Shown: positions 18,085-27,190 of the stretch, in pieces
Layout: every line of letters starts with the position of its first letter
How positions within the stretch are numbered: the stretch's first letter is position 1
Origin: Patescibacteria group bacterium
Lineage (GTDB): Bacteria > Patescibacteriota > Minisyncoccia > Phycocordibacterales > JACZSL01
Length of the DNA: 64,000 nt
Assembly: GCA_022574205.1 (NCBI GenBank)
Contig: JACZSL010000001.1
Span: 5,447-69,446, forward strand
Reading direction: 5' to 3'
Translations under genes and position numbers: made by a program
The notes under the pieces: model-generated
Seen by the model: only the letters and a program-made list of their open reading frames with translations
Told to the model about the DNA's origin: nothing
The model's database searches: none

Positions 18085-19080
18085 TCAACCGTGTAATAAG
18101 TCTATCAGAGCTTGCGAAATCGGTAGCCCCACCTCAAGTTCGGATGGTAGCCATTGTCCTTGAGGGTTAATTTCAAAGAATGTATAACCATCTCTTTCTG
18201 AATAACCTAAATCTATACAACCAAAGACTAGCCCTAGCGAAAAAGTTATATCACGGCAGAGTGCCGCAATCTTAGTGGGGAGAATATGCTCGGAGTAAAT
18301 TCTGCGATAGTTATGATGTCTCCAATCAACGCCATGGTTGTATCCATAAAGAGATTCGCCCACAATTTTTACTGCAAAGACCTTTTTACCCACCACCGTA
18401 ACGCGTACATCAAATTCCTTTTTTACCTCCTCCTGTAGAATAAATGGGCAGAGAGGAATACTGTCCAGATGTGCCTTAATCACTTTTTGCGACACCCGTC
18501 TAGTATATATGACTCTATTAAGCCTCTCCTTATCCTCTTTTGCGGGATTCAGTCGCACAAAACTACTGCAAACAGGTTTCACTATCATGGGCTTACCACT
18601 AAGATGTTCCAAAAAAGCAAGTGCCGCCTTCCGAGAATTACCAACACACGTTTCAGGGATACGCCATCCGATGCGTTGTGCAACGTGTAGCTGGTATGGC
18701 TTACGACCAGATATTCTTGTTGCCTCAGGCTCGGAAACCCACCTCACACCGTTGAGTAAGTGTGGAAAAGACCTTACGTATGCTTCCGTCTCCTCCAATA
18801 TATATCTCTCTTTCATGTCATAAGGCTCAGCTCGGTACTTGCCGCGAGGACGTCGCCACCAAACGCTCTTAACATTCTCCACAGAGAAGTTAGCGGCACT
18901 AGTGAGGAACCTTCTGTCTGGGCCATTTTGTCCGACTAGATACGATGATTCGAAACCATTGGGGTATCCACCTATGTCAAGTGTGACGTGGTCAACTCCA
19001 CGCTGATTCATTCTCTCTTGCACATATTTTGCGTGTGCGTCAAGAGAATGAGAAACAATTAAAACAGTGTTCTTCTGCAT
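18085..19080 (-). CDS. ATP-grasp RiPP maturase (MvdC/MvdD family)
   Basis: SVWWRRP, RKPYQLHVAQRIGWRIPETCVGN, IVKPV, ILQEEVKKEFDVRVTVVG, DWR, FGCIDL...FFEINPQGQWL; GGAGAG RBS before ATG 19080. Confidence 0.92.
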   Translation of the reverse strand: MQKNTVLIVSHSLDAHAKYVQERMNQRGVDHVTLDIGGYPNGFESSYLVGQNGPDRRFLTSAANFSVENVKSVWWRRPRGKYRAEPYDMKERYILEETEAYVRSFPHLLNGVRWVSEPEATRISGRKPYQLHVAQRIGWRIPETCVGNSRKAALAFLEHLSGKPMIVKPVCSSFVRLNPAKEDKERLNRVIYTRRVSQKVIKAHLDSIPLCPFILQEEVKKEFDVRVTVVGKKVFAVKIVGESLYGYNHGVDWRHHNYRRIYSEHILPTKIAALCRDITFSLGLVFGCIDLGYSERDGYTFFEINPQGQWLPSELEVGLPISQALIDLLHG

Positions 19081-19517
19081 TTCAACTCTCCTCAAGGTAC
19101 AGTAAATAAACTGAGCAGATTATACTCTGTTTATGTATTTTAGTCAAGGTTTCCGCAATGGTTCAATGGCATGTAATCGAACCTTGAGTATGTTGGGATT
19201 TGTTGTGTGTGCCGTATACCTTATTTTAGCCTCTAAGGTGATGCAAAGGTATTGAAACATTACGGCTTCTTAACAATGACTGATAATGTTTCAGTAATTT
19301 AACGCAGAGGAAAGCAAAAGCTCCGTGCCGTAAGGCGCGGGGTTTTTTGTAAAGAGTGTAGCTTTTGGAGATTATATGTCACAGAAAACATTCCAAACTC
19401 TCTTGAGAGTTGGAATGAGAATCCTTGATTTAATCCTTGATTTAATCCTTGAATTAAATCAAGGATTCTTTTGATCTCCACCCTTGTGCGAGGGGAGCCA
19501 TCGTGTACATATAAAAA

Positions 19518-19553
19518 CTACCTTTAAAACAGCGTTATTTTCTGATACTATTT
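19518..19553. repeat. 36-bp direct repeat, copy 2 (trpS promoter region)
   Basis: 35/36 identical to 17235-17270. Confidence 0.95.
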
Positions 19554-19560
19554 GACCATT

Positions 19561-20514
19561 ATGGCAGACAAGCAAAGACTACTCTCTGGCATCAAGCCGA
19601 CAGGGAGACTCCATATAGGTAACTATTTCGGCGCTATGCGGCAGTTCGTTGAACTGCAGGATAAGTATACAAGCTATATTTTCATCGCTGATTACCACGC
19701 ACTAACTTCGGTACAAAACGCGGAGAGTCTTCAAGAGCTCATATTAAACACCGCTATTGATTATCTTGCAGTCGGCTTAAATCCCAAAAAAGTAGTACTT
19801 TTCAAGCAGTCCGATGTACCGCAACATACAGAGTTAGCATGGATTTTTAACTGTATTACTACAATGCCATATTTACAGCGCTCCCACGTATTTAAAGATG
19901 CGCAGGCAAAAAATAAAGAGATTGATGTTGGAACATTTGTTTATCCGATGCTTATGGCGGCAGATATTTTGCTCTATAGTCCGGACGTGGTGCCGGTGGG
20001 TGCTGACCAGAAGCAGCATATTGAATATGCGCGGGACACAGCGCAAAAGTTTAATAATATTTTTGGAGAAACATTTAAACTTCCTAAAGAGTATACGCCA
20101 AAAGACAGCGCAACAATTCCTGGAGTTGATGGGCAAAAGATGAGTAAGAGCTACAATAACACAATTCCGTTGTTTGGCTCGAGGGATGATGTAGAAAAAG
20201 CAGTAATGGGTATTGTTACAGATTCAGGGGGTGATTTTCCACAGCACGTGTACGCAATACACAAGCTCTACAAAAGTGAGGACGAGCTAAAAAATGTCTA
20301 TGATGATAATAAGGGTAACTATAAAGCTTTAAAAGAAGCCTTAATAGCAGATGTTGAAGAGGTCGCTCGACCACTACGAGAAAAGCGTGAAGAGCTCACA
20401 AAAGATAAGGCATATGTCCTCTCTGTGTTGAAAGAGGGTGGCAAGATAGCGCGTGAAATAGCCGAAGAAAAAATGAAAGAGATTCGTGAAAAAATTGGTG
20501 TAACGTTGCAATAA
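19561..20514 (+). CDS. trpS: Tryptophan--tRNA ligase
   Basis: SGIKPTGRLHIGNY, YPMLMAADIL, VPVGADQKQH, KMSKS. Confidence 0.97.
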   Translation: MADKQRLLSGIKPTGRLHIGNYFGAMRQFVELQDKYTSYIFIADYHALTSVQNAESLQELILNTAIDYLAVGLNPKKVVLFKQSDVPQHTELAWIFNCITTMPYLQRSHVFKDAQAKNKEIDVGTFVYPMLMAADILLYSPDVVPVGADQKQHIEYARDTAQKFNNIFGETFKLPKEYTPKDSATIPGVDGQKMSKSYNNTIPLFGSRDDVEKAVMGIVTDSGGDFPQHVYAIHKLYKSEDELKNVYDDNKGNYKALKEALIADVEEVARPLREKREELTKDKAYVLSVLKEGGKIAREIAEEKMKEIREKIGVTLQ

Positions 20515-20519
20515 AATAG

Positions 20520-21920
20520 ATGAAAAGAACATTAGTTAAAGATTTGCGCGAGAATATAGGAAATGTGGTTATGCTTTCCGGTTGGGTTCATGTTAGGCGT
20601 GACCATGGTAAGATTATTTTTATTGATTTACGAGAAGCAAGTGGAAAAGTACAGATGGTTGCTCTTCCGGCTCATGAAGATGCACACGCTGTTGCAATGA
20701 GCTTGCGACCCGAGTGGGTAATTGAAGTGTCCGGAGAAGTTAAAAAACGTCCGGAAAAAATGGTAAACGCCGATGAACCAAATGGTGATATAGAAATTGA
20801 AATAAGTGAGATCAATGTTCTAAACGAGAGCGAAACAACGCCGTTTGAGATAAGTGAAGATTCTATAAGTGTTGATGAGATCACACGCCTTAAATATCGC
20901 TACCTCGATCTTCGAACAGAGAGAATGCAAAAGAACATGAGGGTAAGAAGTGAATTTGTACGTAATTGTCGAGATTTTCTAAACCAGCGTGACTTTACAG
21001 AGATTGAAACACCTATTTTGACTGCAGCAACACTAGAGGGGTCTCGAGACTTTATTGTTCCTTCAAGGCTAAATCCTGGGAAGTTTTACGCGCTTCCACA
21101 ATCCCCACAGCAGTACAAGCAATTACTGATGACCGCCGGCTTTGAAAGGTATTTTCAAATTGCAAAAGCTATTCGTGATGAAGACTTACGCGCCGATAGG
21201 GGGTTTGAACATTCACAAATTGACATTGAAATGTCATTTGTTAGCGAGGGGGATGTATTGGAGATAGTTGAGAAAATGATCACTGTGGTTGTAGAATCGA
21301 TGGGCTACACAATTAAAGAAACGCCGTTTCCCAAAATCACATATAAAGAGGCCATGGAAAAACACGGTTCTGATAAGTTTGATTTGCGAAGCGAGGCTGA
21401 GAAAAAAGCTGGTGTCCTTGCATACGCGTGGGTTACAGACTTTCCACTATTTGGAAAAACCGATGAGGGAGAGTGGACATTTAGTCATAATCCATTTTCA
21501 ATGCCGAAGAATGAGTACATTGAAGATCTCCTTTCTGGTAAGAACATAGACAATATTCTTTCAACGCAGTACGACCTTGTCTGTAATGGCTATGAGGTTG
21601 GCGGTGGGAGTATGCGTTCTCACAGGGCTGACATTCTAAAAGCTGTATATAAAGTTATGGGTTACAGTGAAGAAGAAACTGAAGCCAGTGTGGGTCATAT
21701 GCTTCGCGCATTCAAATACGGAACGCCACCACACGGGGGGATTGCGCTTGGAATTGAAAGGAATATCATGATTCTTACCGGTGAAAAGGCGCTTCGGGAG
21801 GTTCAAGCATTTCCAATGACGCGTGGAGGGGTGACGGCTGTAATGGATGGACCGGGGGATGTGTCAAAAGAACAATTAGATGAGCTTGGTATTTCTATTA
21901 AAAAGAAAAAACATGATTAA
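20520..21920 (+). CDS. aspS: Aspartate--tRNA ligase, short form without GAD domain
   Basis: GWVHVRRDHG, RLKYRYLDLR, ALPQSPQQYKQLL, RDEDLRADR, PPHGGIALGIER. Confidence 0.95.
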   Translation: MKRTLVKDLRENIGNVVMLSGWVHVRRDHGKIIFIDLREASGKVQMVALPAHEDAHAVAMSLRPEWVIEVSGEVKKRPEKMVNADEPNGDIEIEISEINVLNESETTPFEISEDSISVDEITRLKYRYLDLRTERMQKNMRVRSEFVRNCRDFLNQRDFTEIETPILTAATLEGSRDFIVPSRLNPGKFYALPQSPQQYKQLLMTAGFERYFQIAKAIRDEDLRADRGFEHSQIDIEMSFVSEGDVLEIVEKMITVVVESMGYTIKETPFPKITYKEAMEKHGSDKFDLRSEAEKKAGVLAYAWVTDFPLFGKTDEGEWTFSHNPFSMPKNEYIEDLLSGKNIDNILSTQYDLVCNGYEVGGGSMRSHRADILKAVYKVMGYSEEETEASVGHMLRAFKYGTPPHGGIALGIERNIMILTGEKALREVQAFPMTRGGVTAVMDGPGDVSKEQLDELGISIKKKKHD

Positions 21921-23292
21921 AATAATTTACGCTAAAGTCCCGCCAAAAAATATTACAATAATACAATTTCATAAAGATAAGGAAATAAAATTTGTAGAGA
22001 AGGGGAAGAGTAGTGAGCTTTATATTAAAGCACCAAAAAATATTGATCGGCGCAAGCTTATTGTCTTGATTCGTAAGGCTATACGGGTCGCAAAAGAGCA
22101 AAAGCTTAAAAAAATAGCTTTCAATTTTTCCGCACTAAAGGCTTTGATCCCAAAAAAAATTACTAACGAAGAGTTTGCTTCAATCTTTGGTCAAAATATT
22201 GAGATGGCAAACTTTGAATTTACAGAGTTTCGTACCAGACCTAAAGAGGGATGGCCGAGTATTACTGAAATTACCATTATTGGATCTGTTTCTGCAAAAA
22301 CTAAAACTTTACTCAAGCGGGGTCAAACCATTGGCATATATGTAAATCATTGTCGACGTATTTCTAACACTCCCGGTGGTGATATGACACCTAAGATGAT
22401 GGTTTCCGAGGCCAAAAAACTGACAAAGGATGCAAAGATTAAAATGACCATATTGGGTCGAAAAGAGCTTAAAAAATTGAAGGCAGGCGCAATTTTAGGT
22501 GTTGCACAGGGTTCCAGGGAAGAACCACAGTTTATTGTGATGGAATATAAGGGAGGTTCCGTCAAGGAAAAACCTATTGTACTTGTAGGTAAGGGAGTAA
22601 CCTTTGACACTGGTGGTATTAATATAAAGACGGGAGACTCGGCGCTCGGCATGCATATGGATATGAGTGGGGGAGCCGCTGTGATATGTGCGATAGCATT
22701 GGCCTCTAAACTCAAAATAAAGAAAAATATTGTGGCACTTGTTCCAGCAGTTGAAAATATGCCTGGCGGAGCCGCGTATCGACCTGGAGACGTGTTGCGT
22801 TCCATGAGTGGAAAAACTATTGAGGTCAGAAATACTGACGCAGAGGGTCGCGTTATACTAGCTGATGCATTAACGTACGCAAGAAAGTATAAACCAAGAC
22901 TTGTTGTAGATGTAGCTACGCTTACAGGCAGTGCACTAGCTGCTCTTGGTGAACGCGCAAACGCAATCATGACTAAGAGTAAAAAACTACAGGATTTATT
23001 TGTTCACCTTGGTGAAGAAAGTGGAGATTATATGTGGCCATTACCTTTGTGGGAGGAATATGAGGAAGAGGTCAAGGGAATTCGTGGGGATGTAACCAAT
23101 ACTAATAATAAGAATAGCCGCTATGGAGGCGCAATAAACGGCGGTATTTTTCTACATGAGTTTGCAAAAGGGATGCCGTGGGTTCATATTGATATGGCGC
23201 CGCGTATGGAAAGTATTCCGAGCGACAACCTTGCACCTGGCGCAGCAGGTGAGCCAGTAAGATTCCTTCTTAAGCTTGTCGAGGCGTTTTAG
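21913..23292 (+). CDS. pepA: Leucyl aminopeptidase (M17)
   Basis: VGKGVTFDTGG, MDMSGGA, NTDAEGRVILAD. Confidence 0.95.
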   Translation: MIKIIYAKVPPKNITIIQFHKDKEIKFVEKGKSSELYIKAPKNIDRRKLIVLIRKAIRVAKEQKLKKIAFNFSALKALIPKKITNEEFASIFGQNIEMANFEFTEFRTRPKEGWPSITEITIIGSVSAKTKTLLKRGQTIGIYVNHCRRISNTPGGDMTPKMMVSEAKKLTKDAKIKMTILGRKELKKLKAGAILGVAQGSREEPQFIVMEYKGGSVKEKPIVLVGKGVTFDTGGINIKTGDSALGMHMDMSGGAAVICAIALASKLKIKKNIVALVPAVENMPGGAAYRPGDVLRSMSGKTIEVRNTDAEGRVILADALTYARKYKPRLVVDVATLTGSALAALGERANAIMTKSKKLQDLFVHLGEESGDYMWPLPLWEEYEEEVKGIRGDVTNTNNKNSRYGGAINGGIFLHEFAKGMPWVHIDMAPRMESIPSDNLAPGAAGEPVRFLLKLVEAF

Positions 23293-23418
23293 GGCTAATT
23301 TCTTCATATATTATTGGGTATATTAGCTCCCTGGCTCGATCCACTTGAGACGGACTTTCCATCTACGTCGCTAATAAAAAGATGAAAGTGTGCTTGTAAT
23401 GGGCTATAATTAGAGTAC

Positions 23419-24156
23419 ATGGACAGCAATGTTTTCAATATACGCACAGAGGTGTTTACGGGCCCTCTGGAGCTTCTGCTTGTATTAATTGAGAAGCGAA
23501 AACTTCTCATCAATGATGTGTCGCTTGCAAAAGTTACAGATGACTTTATTCAACATGTAAAGGCGTCCGGTAAGTTACTTGTTCCACAGACGGCTCATTT
23601 TGTATACATTGCTTCTACGCTTCTTTTAATAAAATCGAAGTCGCTCTTACCAATTTTTTCGTTAACTGAAGACGAAGAGGGAAGTATTGAGGATCTTGAG
23701 CTGCAGTTGAAATTATACAAGTATTTTAAGAAACTTGCACAAAACATTGATCAAATGTTTGGCAAAAGAATTATATTTTTCAAGTCACCAGAGAAAATCT
23801 CAGATCCAATTTTCTCTCCGCAGACAAATTTGACGCCTGATCTTTTGCTGCAATCCATTTTAGACATTGTTCAAAATCTCCCAAGAAAAAAAATTGTAAA
23901 AGAAGTAACTATTCAAAAAATGATGACCATTGAAGAAGTGGTGCAGAATTTGACTGCGCGTATTCAAAACAGTATATCACTTAGTTTTAGGGAATTTTCC
24001 GGCGCTGATAAAAGCGCAAAAATTGATATTATTGTGAGTTTTCTTGCAATGCTTGAGTTGGTAAAGCAGGAAATCATTTCAGTTAGGCAGGAAGTTCATT
24101 TTGATGACATACAAATGGAAAACAGAAACATTGGTGTGCCACATTATGGTGAATAA
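23419..24156 (+). CDS. scpA: Segregation and condensation protein A
   Basis: FTGPLELLL.LI, IVSFLAMLELVK. Confidence 0.93.
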   Translation: MDSNVFNIRTEVFTGPLELLLVLIEKRKLLINDVSLAKVTDDFIQHVKASGKLLVPQTAHFVYIASTLLLIKSKSLLPIFSLTEDEEGSIEDLELQLKLYKYFKKLAQNIDQMFGKRIIFFKSPEKISDPIFSPQTNLTPDLLLQSILDIVQNLPRKKIVKEVTIQKMMTIEEVVQNLTARIQNSISLSFREFSGADKSAKIDIIVSFLAMLELVKQEIISVRQEVHFDDIQMENRNIGVPHYGE

Positions 24157-24161
24157 AAATT

Positions 24162-24710
24162 ATGCGACTAGAACAATTAATTGAGGCGCTTCTGTTCTTC
24201 AAAGGTGAGCCAATGAAGATTAACGAGCTAGTTAAACTTACAAAAAATAATGAGAGTGATGTTAAATGGGCCGTTGTAAATCTCGGAAAAAATCTTGACG
24301 GCAGAGGTGTTGTACTTATGGAGAAAGATGGAGAAGTTGCACTTGGTACGAGTCCTGAAGCTTCCGAGACAATTGAGGAGATGCGTCAGATAGAACTTTC
24401 ACGCGACATTGGCAAGGCTGGACTGGAGACATTAGCGATTGTAATCTATAAAGGGCCAGTGGCTCGAAGTGAGATTGACTATATTAGGGGTGTTAATTCA
24501 ACCTTTACCTTACGAAACTTGATGATCCGTGGCCTTGTGGAGCGCAAAGCGAACCCGACCGACGCACGTGGATTCCTCTACAAACCAACATTAGAGCTTC
24601 TAGCCTTTCTTGGTGTTGGCTCTATGGAGGACTTACCCAGATATCTAGAAGTCGAGCAGGAATTAGAGACTTTTGTTAGTGAATTTCAAAATAATAATGG
24701 ATCCCGATAG
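24162..24710 (+). CDS. scpB: Segregation and condensation protein B
   Basis: IEALLF, LETLAIVIYKGPVARSEIDYIRGVNS. Confidence 0.95.
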   Translation: MRLEQLIEALLFFKGEPMKINELVKLTKNNESDVKWAVVNLGKNLDGRGVVLMEKDGEVALGTSPEASETIEEMRQIELSRDIGKAGLETLAIVIYKGPVARSEIDYIRGVNSTFTLRNLMIRGLVERKANPTDARGFLYKPTLELLAFLGVGSMEDLPRYLEVEQELETFVSEFQNNNGSR

Positions 24711-24840
24711 TTATCGCGGACGCAAAAGCTATAGCTATTATCATTGAAATCATGAACGTAAAGGTTGAGTCATTATTTATAAGCAATAATACAAACCCGC
24801 TGTGCTTTGTAGCGATGGCAGGCTGGTAACTATCGCGGGA
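24702..24840. mobile_element. Non-coding start-codon-targeting element (MITE-like)
   Basis: Ends TCCCGATAGTT / AACTATCGCGGGA; TGGA duplicated at 24698-24701 and 24841-24844. Confidence 0.7.
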
Positions 24841-25823
24841 TGGAGGAGAATAATCAACAGAATAATCATAGTGAGCGTGGACAATTGAGCTATTTTAAAG
24901 GTGTCGTTTTTATACTTGTTTTATTTATAATAGGTATTTTAGTGTGGCTACCATACCGAAGTGGTGATGCCGTACAAACTATTATAGAGAGAGAAGGCGA
25001 CAGTGCGGAGGTGATTGTCATGGAAAACCCGTTTGACACAATATCGCTTGAAGCTCAGGCCGCACATGTGTGGGACATAAACTCGAAGGAAACACTGTAT
25101 GATCTAAATGCTGAAAGTCAATTGCCGTTAGCTTCTCTAACAAAGCTTATGACAGTTCTTGTTGCTGCAGAAATTCTTGAACCGTCTCAGACTATCGTTG
25201 TAGAACTTGACTCACTTAAAGAAGAGGGAGACAACGGACTATTTTCGAATGAAAGTTGGAAGCTAAAAGATCTTCTTGATTTCACACTTATTGTTTCCAG
25301 CAACGATGGGGCAAATGTTCTGGCAAGTGCTGCTGGGAGCAAACTAATCGGTGGAGGAGCATATGACAAAACTGAAGAGGCTTTTATTCAAAAAATGAAT
25401 GAAATTGCGCTTGAAATCAATCTTACTCAAACATACTTTGTTAATGAAACAGGTCTTGACCCAACAATTGAGACAAGTGGTAGTTATGGGTCTGCTCGCG
25501 ACGTAAATCGTCTCTTGAAACATATATTAGAGATAAACCCTGTTATTTTAAGTGCCACAATATATGAAACTCTCAATTTTCAATCACAAAGTGGATATTA
25601 TCATCTGGCCACAAATACTAATAATATAATTGGGGACATACCTGGCCTTATAGCCTCAAAAACAGGGTTTACCGATCTTGCCGGAGGAAATATTTCTATT
25701 GCATTCGATGCTGGTTTAAATCGACCAATTATTATTACCGTTCTTGGTTCAAGTGTGGAGGGGAGGTTTGTTGATATCCAAAAGTTAGTAGCGGCGACTT
25801 TGAGTTATCTTAAAATGAAATAA
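24840..25823 (+). CDS. D-alanyl-D-alanine carboxypeptidase (S11)
   Basis: ASLTKLMT (SxxK), SSN, KTG motifs. Confidence 0.92.
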   Translation: MEENNQQNNHSERGQLSYFKGVVFILVLFIIGILVWLPYRSGDAVQTIIEREGDSAEVIVMENPFDTISLEAQAAHVWDINSKETLYDLNAESQLPLASLTKLMTVLVAAEILEPSQTIVVELDSLKEEGDNGLFSNESWKLKDLLDFTLIVSSNDGANVLASAAGSKLIGGGAYDKTEEAFIQKMNEIALEINLTQTYFVNETGLDPTIETSGSYGSARDVNRLLKHILEINPVILSATIYETLNFQSQSGYYHLATNTNNIIGDIPGLIASKTGFTDLAGGNISIAFDAGLNRPIIITVLGSSVEGRFVDIQKLVAATLSYLKMK

Positions 25824-25825
25824 TT

Positions 25826-26899
25826 ATGATTATTGATGTTGTAAAAGTCTTTCTTCCTGCTACTGTCGCCTTTTTTATTGGGATGCTAATTACGCCAATA
25901 TTGACGCATTATTTATATAAGTTTAAGGCTTGGAAGAAAAGGGGTGTGCAAGAAACAGTTGATGGTCTCGATAGCCCCATCACTCGCGCGCTTCACCAAG
26001 ATGAAACAAAGAAAACTCCTCGCATGGGGGGTATTGTCATTTGGGGTAGCGCCCTTATAACGACGCTTCTCATCTTCTTTATCTCCAAGCTCTTCCCTGT
26101 AGAGGTGACTCAAAAGTTAGATTTTTTCAGTAGAAATCAAACATGGATTCCTTTTTTTGCACTGCTTGTAGGGGCCGGTGTGGGGCTAATTGATGACATA
26201 TATGAGGTGTCGCAGCGCGGTAGTAGAAGAGCCGGTGGGCTGTCTTTAACTTTTCGCCTTTCTATTGTTGGCGCAGTTGCACTCTTTATTGGCGGATGGT
26301 TTTACTTCAAGCTTGATGTCGTTTCACTGGGTATTCCTTTCTATGGCGACTTCTTTATTGGACCGCTAATTATTCCAGCCTTTATTTTAGTCGCACTGGC
26401 TCTATACGCAAGCGGTATTATTGATGGCATAGACGGACTCTCTGGGGGAGTTTTTGCGGCAATTTTTACAGCATACGCTGCAATTGCTTTTTATCAGCAA
26501 CAAATTGACCTTGCCGCCTTTTCTGCGATGCTCGTTGGGTCAATTCTTGCATTTTTATGGTTTAACATTCCGCCAGCGCGTTTCTATATGTCGGAGACTG
26601 GTACAATGGGGCTGACTCTGACTGTCGCTGTTCTTGCTTTCATGACAGATTCACTTGGAGGAGGTGTTGGTGTATTTGTGCTCCCAATAATTGCTTTGCC
26701 GCTTGTTGTGACAGTGTTGTCGGTTATTATTCAGGTGTTATCGAAAAGATTTCGTGGTGGAAAAACAGTATTTCTAGTCTCACCACTTCATAACCATTTT
26801 CAAGCACTCGGTTGGCCAGGATATAAAGTAACGATGCGATATTGGATCATTAGTATGATTTTTGCAATTTTGGGCGTAATTGTAGCGCTTATTGGCTAA
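25826..26899 (+). CDS. mraY: Phospho-N-acetylmuramoyl-pentapeptide transferase
   Basis: TPRMGG, GLIDD, DGIDGL, FLWFNIPPARFYM, PLHNHF. Confidence 0.93.
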   Translation: MIIDVVKVFLPATVAFFIGMLITPILTHYLYKFKAWKKRGVQETVDGLDSPITRALHQDETKKTPRMGGIVIWGSALITTLLIFFISKLFPVEVTQKLDFFSRNQTWIPFFALLVGAGVGLIDDIYEVSQRGSRRAGGLSLTFRLSIVGAVALFIGGWFYFKLDVVSLGIPFYGDFFIGPLIIPAFILVALALYASGIIDGIDGLSGGVFAAIFTAYAAIAFYQQQIDLAAFSAMLVGSILAFLWFNIPPARFYMSETGTMGLTLTVAVLAFMTDSLGGGVGVFVLPIIALPLVVTVLSVIIQVLSKRFRGGKTVFLVSPLHNHFQALGWPGYKVTMRYWIISMIFAILGVIVALIG

Positions 26900-26905
26900 T
26901 ATGAG

Positions 26906-27187
26906 TCCCGTTAGAGATAACTAATAGTTATGTACTACGTCTATTTGTTAAAAAACAAGAAAGATAAGAAGATGTACACTGGAAGTACCAATAATCTACG
27001 GAAACGCTTGAAGGAGCACAACGATAAGAAGTCTACATGGACTAAGGCGAGTACTCCGTGGCAATTAATATATTACGAAGCGTGTCTAAATGGAGACGAT
27101 GCTAGGTCGAGAGAGAAATATTTAAAATCAGGAACTGGGAAACGTTATCTCAATAATAGAATCAAGCGTTTCCTATCTCTAACGGGA
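26906..27187. mobile_element. 282-bp GIY-YIG-encoding element with 14-bp TIRs inserted at ftsW start codon
   Basis: TCCCGTTAGAGATA (26906-26919) / TATCTCTAACGGGA (27174-27187); TGAG duplicated at 26902-26905 and 27188-27191. Confidence 0.88.
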
Positions 27188-27190
27188 TGA
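26930..27190 (+). CDS. Small GIY-YIG nuclease
   Basis: YYVYLL, MYTGSTNNLRKRLKEHN, LIYYEA, AR.REKYLKSG. Confidence 0.95.
   Translation: MYYVYLLKNKKDKKMYTGSTNNLRKRLKEHNDKKSTWTKASTPWQLIYYEACLNGDDARSREKYLKSGTGKRYLNNRIKRFLSLTG

Noticed and set aside
20520-21920. Truncated aspS as pseudogene
   Set aside because: All class II motifs intact in one frame; GAD-less form is plausible for this lineage
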